From an uncultured Chloroflexia bacterium (GTDB taxonomy: Bacteria > Chloroflexota > Limnocylindria > QHBO01), in NCBI GenBank assembly GCA_963704115.1, contig CAVPGY010000002.1, positions 310,132 to 374,131 on the forward strand: a DNA stretch of 64,000 nucleotides. Direction: 5' to 3'. The notes under the pieces are model-generated. The model made no database searches and was not told the origin of the DNA. It worked only from the letters and a program-made list of their open reading frames with translations. Shown here piece by piece: positions 8,504 to 20,333 of the stretch. Position numbers and translations under genes: made by a program. Each line of letters begins with the position of its first letter. The stretch's first letter is position 1.

Positions 8504-11300
8504 ATGAGCGAGGCGGAGCGGACGGGGCTCGACCACGTCGTTCTCCCGCGACGCCTGCCCCGACGCTTGCGCTGCTCGAGCGGTTCCTCCCGGCGCCCCC
8601 GGACAACGTTCTCGATGCCGAGCTGGCCGCCTTCGCCGCGCCCGGTGACACGGTCCTCGATCCGTGGGCCGGCACCGGGCTGGACCGCCCGCCGCGCGGT
8701 CGCGCGGGGCATGCGCGCCGTTGCTGCCGACCCGAGTCCGTTCGCGCAGATGTCGGCGATGGCCCTGCTCACCGCCCCGGAGCCAGCGGTGCTCGATGCC
8801 GCCTTCGGTCAGCTGGCGAGCTCCAAGCGTGTCGACGTTCCCCTACGTCAGCACCTCGAGGAGCTATATGCCTCGCGTTGCGCGGCGTGTCGCAGCCCGG
8901 TGGTGGTCGACCAGTTCATTTGGCCCCGCGACGCGGATGCACCGGGACGGAAGATCTACCGATGCGCCGCCTGCGACGCATCGGTCGGCGGTGCCGAGGA
9001 CCGGGTCGCGCCGGTCGACCAGGTCGACCTTGCCAAGCTGGGCATCGAGCGGCCGGCAGCCGCGGCCGAGGAGCCGGGCGGTGACGCTCCGCCGGACGAG
9101 CTCCCGCCGGCGCCGGTCGGGCTGACCGAGGGAAGCGAACCGGTGGCGAGCGACGAGGATTCGCTGGGAGAGGGAATCGAGCCGCCGCCGCCCGCCCCGC
9201 TGGCGGTGGATCCACCAACACCGGCGACGGAGCGGCCGCGTTACGCCTCCACCTTCCGGCCGGATCCCGCGCCGGTGGCCGCCGCTGATGGCGTTCGGCA
9301 GACGGCGCAGTATCTCGAGCTTCGCGCGCGCTTCCCGGTGCTCGACGGACGCGATGACCTGGTCGAGGAGATGCTCGACCTGTTCACGCCGCGAAACCTC
9401 TACGCCCTTCATGTCATCGGCGCCAAGATCGAGTCGGAGCTCCGGGATCCGGGCACCATCGCGGTCATGCGGCTGGCCCTTTCCGCCTGCCTTCTACCTT
9501 CGAGCCGCCTCAATGGCTATCCAGGCCGAGTCGCCTCCCTGCGCATCACCGCCGGCCACGTCCGGCAGCCGGCCAGCCGTCACCAGCGCGAGGTGAACGT
9601 CTGGCGCGCGTTCGAGCAGTCCTACCGCGACGTGCGGGCCGTGGTTGCCGCTGCGACCGATCCACAGCACGAGGTGCGCTTCGCCGCCGACTACGGCGAG
9701 CTCGGCGGGATGGCGGCTGCCAACGTTCTCTGGCTGCGCTGCCGCTCAGCGGTGGTGGGCCAGTACCTGCCCGGGGGAGGCCATCGACCTGGTGGTCGGG
9801 GCACCGCCGCAGGGTGCGAGCATCGACGAGCTGTCCTTCGAGTACCTGGCGACCTCCTGGATCCTCGGCCGTGAGGCAGCCGAGACGCTTCGGCTCGAGC
9901 CGATCTTCGGGGCGGGCGCGCATCCGGAGGGTGCGGAGGCGACGGCCATGCGCCATGGCCTGGCATCGGCCGCCGGAGCGTTGAAGCCGGGTGGATGGTG
10001 CAACCTCCTGCTTGACGATGCGAACGTCGACCGACTGTTCACCGTCGCGATGGCGGCCGCCTCGGCCGGCCTCGAGCTGGTCGACGTCATCCACCGCGAG
10101 TCGGCGCGCAGCGGTGACGGGATCGTCCTCCACATGCGAAAGCCCTCCGGGGAGGACCGCCTGCGTCACGCGGTGCGGCCGGGCCCCCTGCGACTGGGCG
10201 CCGACGCGGGCCACCTGACCTACCCGGAGCTCGCCGCCGCGATCGACCGCGCCGTGGGGTCGCTCCTCCGCGACCGGGGGGAGCCGGCGGGCCTGACGCG
10301 GGTGGCCGCCGCCATCGTCGCGGAGCTCGGGCGGAGCGGCCTGTTGCGCCGGCTCGCCGCGCCCCGCGGTGCGGACGGAGAGCGAGACCCTGGATCCGCG
10401 CGCGATCGGCTGGACGGTGGTGGATCGCAGATCATCGCCACCCTCGTCCACGAGGAGCTCTGGCGGGACGATCACCCGACCCTCGTCCGCATCGGCAGCG
10501 AGAACCGCCCGCAGTGGTGGCTCCGATCGCCCGAGCTTGCGGAGCAGCCGCTCGCGGATCGCGTGGAGTGGGCGACCTGGTCGATCCTCTCGACGGCCGG
10601 CCGGATCGACGAGGCCGGCTTCTTCGACCGCATCTACCGGCTCTTCCCGGGGCTCCAGGCGCCGGACGAGGAGCTGGTCCGTGCCTGCCTGGCGTCGTAC
10701 GCCATGCCCGGGGAGCGCGGCTCCCTCGCGACCGAGGACGACCTCGCCGCGCGCACGGCCGACCATGCCCGCACGATCGCCAATCTCGTCGACTACGGCC
10801 ATCGACTCGGCCTTCGCGCCTGGGTTTCGGCGCGGGAGCACGACCGCGAGGTGGCGGGGACCGCGCTCGTCGCGCGGCTCGCGGATGACGAACGCCGGGT
10901 CTACCTGCCGCTCGTGGTGCGCGCGCCGGCGGAGGTGCTTGGGGCGGTCGACGCGCTCTGGTACCTGCGCGGCAAGATCGCGTTCCTGTTCGAGGTCGAG
11001 TGGACGGCGATGGTGGGCGACGCCGTCCTCCGACGGGGCCGCGAGATCCCGGTCGGAGACCGGCAGGCGCGCTTCCTCGTGGTTCCCGCGCAGCGGACGG
11101 AGCTGCTGCGCCTGAAGCTGCAGCGCTCACCCTGGCTGCGCGCCGAGGTCGAGCGGCAGAACTGGCATATCCTCAAGTGGCAGCACCTGGACACGCTGCT
11201 CGGGCGTCCCGGTGCTCGCATGGAATGGCTTGAACCGGTGCTCGGCCTGGATCCCCTGATCGAGCGAGGCGGCGAGCAGCTGACGATGTTCGGCGAGTAG
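8504..11300 (+). pseudogene. large (~930 aa) Zn-ribbon methyltransferase-fold protein with degenerate catalytic motif and nuclease-like C-terminus; frame interrupted three times as assembled
   Basis: The ATG at 8504 follows GAGGAG. The recognisable coding sequence switches frame near 8546 (C-run), near 8680 and at 9773-9777 (G5 run). Motifs are a motif-I-like VLDPWAGTG, two CxxC pairs (CAACRSP...YRCAACDAS), FTPRNLYAL, a motif-IV-like DLVVGAPPQ, and the C-terminal VDALWYLRGKIAFLFEVEW. Confidence 0.6.
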
Positions 11301-11348
11301 CCCGGCAACTGCTTGCTCGCCCGCATCGGCGAAGCGTATCCTCGGCCC

Positions 11349-11381
11349 GGGAGTGCCGTGGTTCCCCCCTGCGGCACTCCC
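11349..11381 (+). terminator. perfect 10-bp GC-rich hairpin downstream of the 8504-11300 gene; no U-tract
   Basis: GGGAGTGCCG, a 13-nt loop, then CGGCACTCCC. It starts about 49 nt after the stop codon. Confidence 0.4.
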
Positions 11382-11473
11382 ACTCGCGCCAGGAACACGG
11401 CCCCTTGCCTTGGGGGGAGCGTCTTGCCTGCCGTCCTGCCGGGCCAGCGAGCTCCTCACCCGATCGCGGTAGC

Positions 11474-12211
11474 ATGGCCGGCATGAGCCCACTCGACCGT
11501 CACGAGCTGATCCAGCCTCTCGAACGCGCCCTGGTGGTGATCAGCCACCCGGACGACGGCGAGTTCGGCGCCGGTCCGACGATCGCCCACCTCACCCGCG
11601 CCGGCGTGAAGGTCGACTACGTGGTGACCACCGACGGCAGCAAGGGGACCGAGGATCCCGAGACGACACCGGAGCAGCTGGCGTCGACCCGGACGACGGA
11701 GCAGCGCGCCGCCGCCGACATCCTGGGCGTGGGGGAGATCGTGCACCTGGGCTATCCCGACGGATACCTCATCCCGTCGCTCGAGCTGCGCCGCGACATC
11801 ACGCGCCAGATCCGGCGCTTTCGACCGGACCTCGTCATCACGCAGAATCCGCAGCGGCGGCTCGACCACAACCCGTTCATCGGGCACCCCGACCACCTCG
11901 CGACCGGGGAGGCGACGCTCGCATCGGTCTATCCGGCGGCGCGCGACCACCTGAACTTCCCCGAGCTGTGGACCCAGGAGCACCTCCAGCCGTGGAAGGT
12001 GCGCCAGGTGCTGCTCACCGGGGTCGAGCAGCCGAACCTCTGGCTCGACATCGCCGATACGTTCGAGATCGGGCTGGCGTCGATCCTCGCGCACGAGAGC
12101 CAGGTGACGCGGGAGGACGTGGAGGAGCGCATGCGCGAGCGGGCTCGGCTCGTGGGTGAGCCGCAGGGGATCGGCCTGGCACAGGCGTTCCTCTCGATCA
12201 TCCTCGAATGA
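11474..12211 (+). CDS. PIG-L/LmbE-family N-acetylglucosaminyl deacetylase
   Basis: Motifs: VVISHPDDGEFGAG, HPDH and AHESQ. I take the start at the internal MAGM (an alternative is 11483). Confidence 0.85.
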   Translation: MAGMSPLDRHELIQPLERALVVISHPDDGEFGAGPTIAHLTRAGVKVDYVVTTDGSKGTEDPETTPEQLASTRTTEQRAAADILGVGEIVHLGYPDGYLIPSLELRRDITRQIRRFRPDLVITQNPQRRLDHNPFIGHPDHLATGEATLASVYPAARDHLNFPELWTQEHLQPWKVRQVLLTGVEQPNLWLDIADTFEIGLASILAHESQVTREDVEERMRERARLVGEPQGIGLAQAFLSIILE

Positions 12212-14118
12212 CGCGTCGCGGCGGCGGCTCCCGTGGCGGCTGGGGCGCCTTCGGTGGCCCGGAGCCCGACCTCAGCCGGCGACCGGGGAGCGAACGCCGG
12301 ACGCTGCGCAAGATCGTGGGCTTCTTCGGCCCCTACCGTGCCCGCCTGGCGGTCATCGCCGTCCTCATCCTGATCACCGTCAGCATCGGCGTCGTCAACC
12401 CCATCCTGCTGAAGCTGATCATCGACAACCTGCTGCCGGGCGGGGCCCAGGATCTCGGTCTGCTGTGGCTCCAGGCCGGACTCATGATCGTGCTGCCCAT
12501 CATCACCAGCGGACTCGGGGTCTGGCAGGCGTACCTGTCGAACGTGGTCGGTCAGCGGGTGATGAACGATCTGCGGCTCGCGCTCTACACGCACCTGCAG
12601 TGGATGCCGCTCCGCTTCTTCACCGAGACGCGCACTGGCGAGATCCAGAGCCGGATCGCCAACGACGTCGGCGGCGTGCAGTCGGTGGTGACCGATACGG
12701 CGTCCTCACTGCTCGCGAACCTGGCGACCGTGCTGACGACCGTGATTGCGATGTGGATCCTCGACTGGCGCCTCACCCTGCTGAGCCTGGGGCTGCTGCC
12801 GTTCTTCGCCTTCATCACCTATCGCGTCGGCAAGGTTCGCCGCGAGGTGAGCACCCTGACGCAGCGGTCGATGGCCGAGATGAGCGCCATCACCGAGGAG
12901 TCGCTCAGCGTGTCCGGCATCCTGCTGAGCAAGACCTTCGGGCAGCAGGCCGCCTCCATCGAGCGGTTCCGCCGGGAGTCGGTGCGCCTGGGCGAGCTCC
13001 AGATCCGCGGCCAGATGATCGGTCGCTGGTTCTTCGCGCTCATCGGCACCTTCTTCAGCATCCTGCCGGCCTTCGTCTATCTCCTTGCCGGGTCGCTGAT
13101 CATCGGTGGCGACGAGAGCGTGAGCATCGGCACGATCGTAGCCTTCACCACGCTCCAGTCGCGCCTTTTCTTCCCGCTGGGGCAGCTGCTGAACGTCCAG
13201 GTCGAGATCCAGGGCGCGCTGGCGCTCTTCGACCGCATCTTCGAGTACCTCGAGATGGAGCACGACATCACCGATGCCCCCGATGCCGTCGATCTCGCGC
13301 CGCAGACGATGCACGGCGAGGTCCGCTTCGACCGGGTCTCGTTCCGCTATCCGGTCGCGGCGGCGCAGCTCGAGGCTGCCGCGGAGACCGCCGAGGCGGA
13401 GGCGGAGGGACGCGCCGTGCCCACCGCCGTCCAGCCGTTCGCGCTGCAGGAGATCGACTTCTCGGCGGCCCCCGGCAAGCTCGTGGCGCTGGTCGGGCCG
13501 TCGGGGGGCGGCAAGACGACCTCGACGTATCTCATTCCGCGCCTCTACGACGTGGATGCCGGTGCGGTACGGATCGACGGGGTCGACGTGCGTGGCATCA
13601 AGCTCGAGTCGCTCGGTCGGGTCATCGGCTTCGTCACCCAGGAGACCTACCTGTTCCACGACACGATCCTGGCGAACCTGCGCTACGCGAAGCCGGATGC
13701 GACCCTGGCCGAGATCGAGCAGGCGGCGCGCGCCGCGGCCATCCACGAGCGGATCACCGAGCTGCCCGAGGGCTACGACACGGTGGTCGGCGAGCGGGGC
13801 TACAAGCTGTCGGGCGGCGAGAAACAGCGCGTGGCGATCGCCCGCGTGCTGCTCAAGGATCCACGCATCCTCATCCTCGACGAGGCCACCTCGGCGCTCG
13901 ACACGGTGAGCGAACGCCTCATCCAGGCGGCGCTCCAGCGGCTGATGGAGGGGCGGACCACGATCGCCATCGCGCACCGGCTGTCGACCATCCTGCGGGC
14001 GGACCAGATCCTGGTCATGTCCCGGGGGCGGATCGTCGAGCGCGGCACGCACGCGGAGCTCATCCGGCAGGAGGGGCTCTACGCAAAGCTTTCCGCCGAG
14101 CAGTTCGGCAACGCGTGA
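12208..14118 (+). CDS. ABC exporter, fused permease/ATPase (MsbA/ABCB type)
   Basis: 636 aa. A six-helix transmembrane domain is followed by Walker A GPSGGGKTT, the signature LSGGEKQR and Walker B ILILDEATSALD. The start overlaps the upstream stop (ATGA). Confidence 0.92.
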   Translation: MTRRGGGSRGGWGAFGGPEPDLSRRPGSERRTLRKIVGFFGPYRARLAVIAVLILITVSIGVVNPILLKLIIDNLLPGGAQDLGLLWLQAGLMIVLPIITSGLGVWQAYLSNVVGQRVMNDLRLALYTHLQWMPLRFFTETRTGEIQSRIANDVGGVQSVVTDTASSLLANLATVLTTVIAMWILDWRLTLLSLGLLPFFAFITYRVGKVRREVSTLTQRSMAEMSAITEESLSVSGILLSKTFGQQAASIERFRRESVRLGELQIRGQMIGRWFFALIGTFFSILPAFVYLLAGSLIIGGDESVSIGTIVAFTTLQSRLFFPLGQLLNVQVEIQGALALFDRIFEYLEMEHDITDAPDAVDLAPQTMHGEVRFDRVSFRYPVAAAQLEAAAETAEAEAEGRAVPTAVQPFALQEIDFSAAPGKLVALVGPSGGGKTTSTYLIPRLYDVDAGAVRIDGVDVRGIKLESLGRVIGFVTQETYLFHDTILANLRYAKPDATLAEIEQAARAAAIHERITELPEGYDTVVGERGYKLSGGEKQRVAIARVLLKDPRILILDEATSALDTVSERLIQAALQRLMEGRTTIAIAHRLSTILRADQILVMSRGRIVERGTHAELIRQEGLYAKLSAEQFGNA

Positions 14119-14129
14119 TCCTGCCGCGA

Positions 14130-14321
14130 TCAGCCGCCGAACATGCCTCCCAGGGCCGACCCCGCGTCCACGTCCTCGCCCTGCGCCGCCTTGTCGAGCT
14201 GTGCGGCGATGGGAGCCGGCAGCTTGTCCTTGAGGAAGTCGAGGACGGTGTCGACCGCCGTCTTCGCCGCTCCCTGGTCGATCCCCGCGCGTTCGCTGAC
14301 CATCTTCACGATCTGGTCCAT
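14130..14321 (-). CDS. small hypothetical protein (63 aa)
   Basis: Track ORF with plausible composition (MDQIVKMVSERAGIDQGAAKTAVDTVLDFLKDKLP...). I recognise no family. Confidence 0.5.
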   Translation of the reverse strand: MDQIVKMVSERAGIDQGAAKTAVDTVLDFLKDKLPAPIAAQLDKAAQGEDVDAGSALGGMFGG

Positions 14322-14420
14322 CGGTCTCTCCGTCTGCTATGGGTGACACAAGGGTAGTCCTGCGACCGTCCACGTGCCCGCGGCAGGCTCGATTGTCGGC
14401 TCGTGGCACACTGGAGTCGC

Positions 14421-16465
<2,045 letters not shown>

Positions 16466-16481
<16 letters not shown>

Positions 16482-16876
16482 GCGAGGCGCACCGAGCGTC
16501 GCGAGTTGTCCCGGTTCGGGTCCACGAGCGCGATCGACTGCCACGTCCCGAGCGTCATCCGGCCTCCCACCACCGGGACGGTGAGCGACGGCGAGACGAG
16601 CAGTGGGAGCACGTGATCGGCGCCGTGCCCGGGCGAACCGTGTCGGTGGCGCCAGCGGTCGTCACGCGGCAACAGGTCGTCGAGCGCCGCGAGCAGGTCC
16701 GCGTCCGATCCGGCACCCAGCTCGACCACCACGACCCCCGCAGTGGCGTGGGGGACGAAGATGGTGAGCAGGCCGTCGCCGGCACCCGCCTCGTCGATAA
16801 AGCGCCGGCAGGCATCGGTCAGATCGACGAGCCCCGGCGTGCGTCCGGTTTCGATCGTGAGCTCCAGGCTGTGCAT
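16466..16876 (-). CDS. YjbQ/UPF0047-family protein (secondary thiamine-phosphate synthase-like)
   Basis: Motifs: FVPHATAGV and [16 protein letters not shown]. The start is the internal MHSLE. The 3' end overlaps the convergent 14421 gene by 16 nt. Confidence 0.85.
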
Positions 16877-16895
16877 CGCGGCCAACGGTAGCAAT

Positions 16896-17765
16896 TCACG
16901 GCGCGCCGTAGCTGTGCTCGCCGACGATGAAGAGCCCCGCGCCAATGTAGGTGAACAGCACGCCGATGAAGCCGAGCACAATGAGCCACGGCGCCAGCCG
17001 CTCCCAGCGGTCGCGTCGCCCGGCGACGTGGAGGTAGGCGCCGAAGACGAGCCAGGTGGCCGCCGCCGCGAGCTCCTTCGGATCGTTGCTCCAGTACGAG
17101 CGCCAGGCGAGGTTCGCCCAGACCGATCCGAGGACGATGGCGATCGTCAGGATCGGGAAGGCGATGAGGACGGCTCGATGGCTCACCGCCCGCGCGACCG
17201 CGAGCGGGGGAAGCAGGTTGATCTGCCCGCGGGCGGCTCGCTGGCCGAGCTCGGCGGCTGCAGCAACGAAGGCCAGCCCTGCGACCGCGTAGGCGAGGAC
17301 GGCACTCCCGACGTGGACCGTGAGGAGCAGGGGCTGCTGCAGCGCCGGGACGAGCGGGTCGATCCGGTCGTCCAGGCCGAGCGCGATCGCGACGAGGCCG
17401 GCCCCGAGCAGGGCGACGAGCGGCGCCAGGCCGCCGATCGGCCACGCCCGGGCGAGGACGAGGTAGCCGGCAAGGAGCGCTGCTGCGAAGGCGATGCTGA
17501 ACTCATGCAGGTTCGACCAGGGAGCATGGCCGATGAGGAGCATGCGGACCGCGGCGGCGGACAGCAGCAGGAGGGCGCCGAGGACGACGCCACCGGTGAG
17601 CAGCGGGGTCATTGGCGCGCGGGGCACGTGGTTCGACGGCGCGGATGGCCGCGATGCCAGCGGTCGTCGCCCAAGGCCGACGAGCGCCGCGCCGAGACCG
17701 AGCGCCACCGTGGCGAGCAGGGTGGCGAGCGCCGAGACGAGGAGGGCGGTGACGATGGAGGTCAT
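16896..17765 (-). CDS. ccsA: cytochrome c assembly protein, CcsA/ResC family
   Basis: Polytopic membrane protein carrying the Trp-rich haem-handling motif WANLAWRSYWSNDPKE. Confidence 0.85.
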   Translation of the reverse strand: MTSIVTALLVSALATLLATVALGLGAALVGLGRRPLASRPSAPSNHVPRAPMTPLLTGGVVLGALLLLSAAAVRMLLIGHAPWSNLHEFSIAFAAALLAGYLVLARAWPIGGLAPLVALLGAGLVAIALGLDDRIDPLVPALQQPLLLTVHVGSAVLAYAVAGLAFVAAAAELGQRAARGQINLLPPLAVARAVSHRAVLIAFPILTIAIVLGSVWANLAWRSYWSNDPKELAAAATWLVFGAYLHVAGRRDRWERLAPWLIVLGFIGVLFTYIGAGLFIVGEHSYGAP

Positions 17766-17804
17766 GGATCGATCCGGTGGCGGGGGCCGACCGGGATCGA
17801 CCGA

Positions 17805-18212
17805 TCAGCCGAGTTGGGCTGGCTCGGCACCGGTCCTGGTGCCGCATCGGAAGCAGGACGCGTCCCCGGCGGTCAGGGTTGCGCCGCAGTTCAGGCAGTC
17901 GAGGATGAGGTCACGCTCGCAGGCGGTGCAGAAGCGCGCGTCGGCCGGGTACTGGAGCCCGTCGAAGGCGCAGTAGGGCACCCCGCGCGGCGCGGTCGGG
18001 AGCGCTCCCTCCGACGACGGCCCGGGCAGTGCGACGGCCTCCTGCGGCACGTGCGCATCGGCCACGCCGACCTGGCTGACCCGCAGGTAGCCAACCAGCA
18101 GCCACAGCATGTACAGGCCGAGGAGCCCGACCACGAGGTACGGGAAGACGGTTGCGAGCGTTGGGACCGGCTCGTTACCGATCCATTCGATGAGGTCGCG
18201 AATCAGCTCCAT
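17805..18212 (-). CDS. membrane-anchored double zinc-ribbon protein
   Basis: One transmembrane helix (VFPYLVVGLLGLYMLWLLVGYL). The C-terminus carries four Cys pairs: CAF..FCTAC...CLNC...CFRC. Confidence 0.6.
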   Translation of the reverse strand: MELIRDLIEWIGNEPVPTLATVFPYLVVGLLGLYMLWLLVGYLRVSQVGVADAHVPQEAVALPGPSSEGALPTAPRGVPYCAFDGLQYPADARFCTACERDLILDCLNCGATLTAGDASCFRCGTRTGAEPAQLG

Positions 18213-18289
18213 GGCGCGCCGATTCTAGCATCGGCCCGACGGTCCGAGGGTGCGTTACACTCCGCCGCACCTGCCATCGATGGAGGCCG

Positions 18290-19363
18290 ATGTCGCGCCA
18301 GCGCCTTGATCCCCGCACCCCGCTCACCGAGCTGCACGTTCACCTCGGGGCGGCCGTCACCCCGGCCATCATGTGGGGCATCGCCCACGCGCAGGGCATC
18401 CGCCTGCCGACCAAGGACTACTGGGCCTTCCGCGACCTGATCACCGTTGGGCGGCGTCGTCGCAGCTTTGCCGCGTACCTCGAACTCTTCCATTGGACCG
18501 AGCTGATCCAGTCCAGTCCGATCGCCGTCGAGCGCAGCGTCTACGAGGTCATCGGCGGCGCCTACCGCAAGAACAACGTCACCCAGCTCGAGCTGCGCTT
18601 CAACCCGATGAAGCGAAACCGCGGCGGCGAGCAGGATCTCGACCACATCATCGCCGCGGCGGTACGGGGCATGGACCGCGCGATGCTGGAGTACCCGGAG
18701 GTGCGCGCCGGCCTCGTGTTCTGCCTCGATCGGGGCTTCAGCCGCGAGCTCAACGAGATCATCGCGGCCAAGGCCATCGCCTGGCGGAGCCGCGGCGTGG
18801 TCGGCATCGACATCGCAGGCCCGGTGGTCGAGGACTTCCGGTTCGGCGAGTACGCCGATGCCTATGCGGCCTGCCGCCGGGCGGGGCTCGGCCTGACGGT
18901 CCACGCCGGCGAGACCGGTGGCCCGGAGGAGGTTCGGGAGGCGGTCGAGACCCTGGAGCCGGATCGCATCGGCCATGGCGTGCGGGCGACGGAGGACCCG
19001 GCGGTGCTCGACCTGCTCCGCGAGCGTGGGACGGTGCTCGAGGTGTGCCCCAGCTCGAACCTGAACACCCGGGTGCTGCAGAACGTGGGCGAGATCCGGC
19101 GCGTCGTTCGCGCGCTGGTCGATCACGGGGTCCGGTTCACGGTGAGCACCGATGGGCCGGAGATGCTTCGGTCCTATCTCCGCGACGAGCTGCAGCTCCT
19201 CATGCGCCACGAGATCCTGTCGCTCCAGGAGGCGGAGCGCGCGATCGAGGTCGCGGCCGAGGCGACCTTCCTGGACCGCACGCCCACGATCGAGTCGTCG
19301 GTGACCGGCGGCCACGACGGAGGAAACGGGCGTGCGTCCCTGCCCGTCGGAGCGGGCGCCTAG
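18290..19363 (+). CDS. adenosine/adenine deaminase-family amidohydrolase (paralog 1)
   Basis: Motifs: LHVHLGAA, HAGE (TVHAGETGGPE) and VSTDGP. Confidence 0.8.
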   Translation: MSRQRLDPRTPLTELHVHLGAAVTPAIMWGIAHAQGIRLPTKDYWAFRDLITVGRRRRSFAAYLELFHWTELIQSSPIAVERSVYEVIGGAYRKNNVTQLELRFNPMKRNRGGEQDLDHIIAAAVRGMDRAMLEYPEVRAGLVFCLDRGFSRELNEIIAAKAIAWRSRGVVGIDIAGPVVEDFRFGEYADAYAACRRAGLGLTVHAGETGGPEEVREAVETLEPDRIGHGVRATEDPAVLDLLRERGTVLEVCPSSNLNTRVLQNVGEIRRVVRALVDHGVRFTVSTDGPEMLRSYLRDELQLLMRHEILSLQEAERAIEVAAEATFLDRTPTIESSVTGGHDGGNGRASLPVGAGA

Positions 19364-19381
19364 GTCCGTATACTTCCGGCC

Positions 19382-20239
19382 GTGTCATCGATCTGGCGGC
19401 CGGTCCGTGAGCGAGCCCCTGCCCGAAGCCTGATGGTCATCGTCGCCCACCCTGGCGACGAGGCGTTCGGGTTTGGCGGCGCCATCGCGTCCGCGGCGGC
19501 GTCCGGCGCGTACGTGGTGGTCGTCTGCGCCACCCGTGGATGGTTCGACGCCCGCCTCACGCAGGCATCGCCGGCGCCGGGCGGCAAGAACCGGGACGTC
19601 AAGCTCGACGCGGTCACCTGGCGGAATCTCGACACCGTCCGCGAGGACGAGCTCCGGCGATCCGTTTCGCTGCTGGGCGTGCGCGTGGTGCGGATGCTCG
19701 ACTACAGCGAGGGGGACCTCGATCGGGTGGACCAGGACCAGCTGGTGGCTCGCATCGTTGAGCCTATCCGCATGCACCGCCCCGAGGTGATCCTCACCTT
19801 CGGTCCGGACGGAATCACCGGCGACTCGGACCATGTCGTCCTGTCGCGGGCGGTCTCGGCGGCCTACCGGCTGGCGGGAGAGCCGCTCGCCTTCGAGGAT
19901 GACCTCGAGGAGGACCAGGTCGCGTGGCGGACGGCCAAGCTCTATCACCTGGCGGTGCCGCCCGACCGCGTGCACGAGGTTCTCGGCGACCGAGCGCCGG
20001 CCGATGGCTTCGGTTCCGCCGAGGAGCCGACCCTCGCGCTGGAGCTGGGCGAGCTCGCGCAGCTCAAGCTGGCCGCCATCAGCCGTCACGTCTCGCAGAC
20101 CGGCTCGTCGGGTCCGTTCCGCGACTGGGATCCGGTCGCGCGCGACGCCTGGCTCGCCATCGAGCACTATCGGCTGGCGGCATCGGTCTTCGAGCATCCG
20201 GCCGAGGGCGAATCCTCGTTGTTCGACGGCCTGCCCTGA
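19382..20239 (+). CDS. PIG-L/LmbE-family deacetylase (second copy)
   Basis: GTG start. Motifs: VIVAHPGDEAFGFGG, DSDH and SRHVSQ. Confidence 0.8.
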   Translation: MSSIWRPVRERAPARSLMVIVAHPGDEAFGFGGAIASAAASGAYVVVVCATRGWFDARLTQASPAPGGKNRDVKLDAVTWRNLDTVREDELRRSVSLLGVRVVRMLDYSEGDLDRVDQDQLVARIVEPIRMHRPEVILTFGPDGITGDSDHVVLSRAVSAAYRLAGEPLAFEDDLEEDQVAWRTAKLYHLAVPPDRVHEVLGDRAPADGFGSAEEPTLALELGELAQLKLAAISRHVSQTGSSGPFRDWDPVARDAWLAIEHYRLAASVFEHPAEGESSLFDGLP

Positions 20240-20333
20240 CGCCGGTGCCGATGGCGACATCCTGAAGGGTGAGGCACGCTCTGCTACGCTCAGGGAGCCG
20301 CATCGGCCCCGCATCGAGGAACCCGAGCACCCC

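Noticed and set aside
8146-8680. A single fused TPR-methyltransferase polypeptide read straight through in one frame. This would need only 3 frameshifts instead of 5.
   Set aside because: Between about 8467 and 8545, that frame has many A/T third positions (cga cga aga gga gct cgt cga gga gca gta...). The alternative frame keeps G/C third positions, ends in a plausible acidic tail plus TAG (8495-8497), and offers an SD-preceded ATG at 8504.
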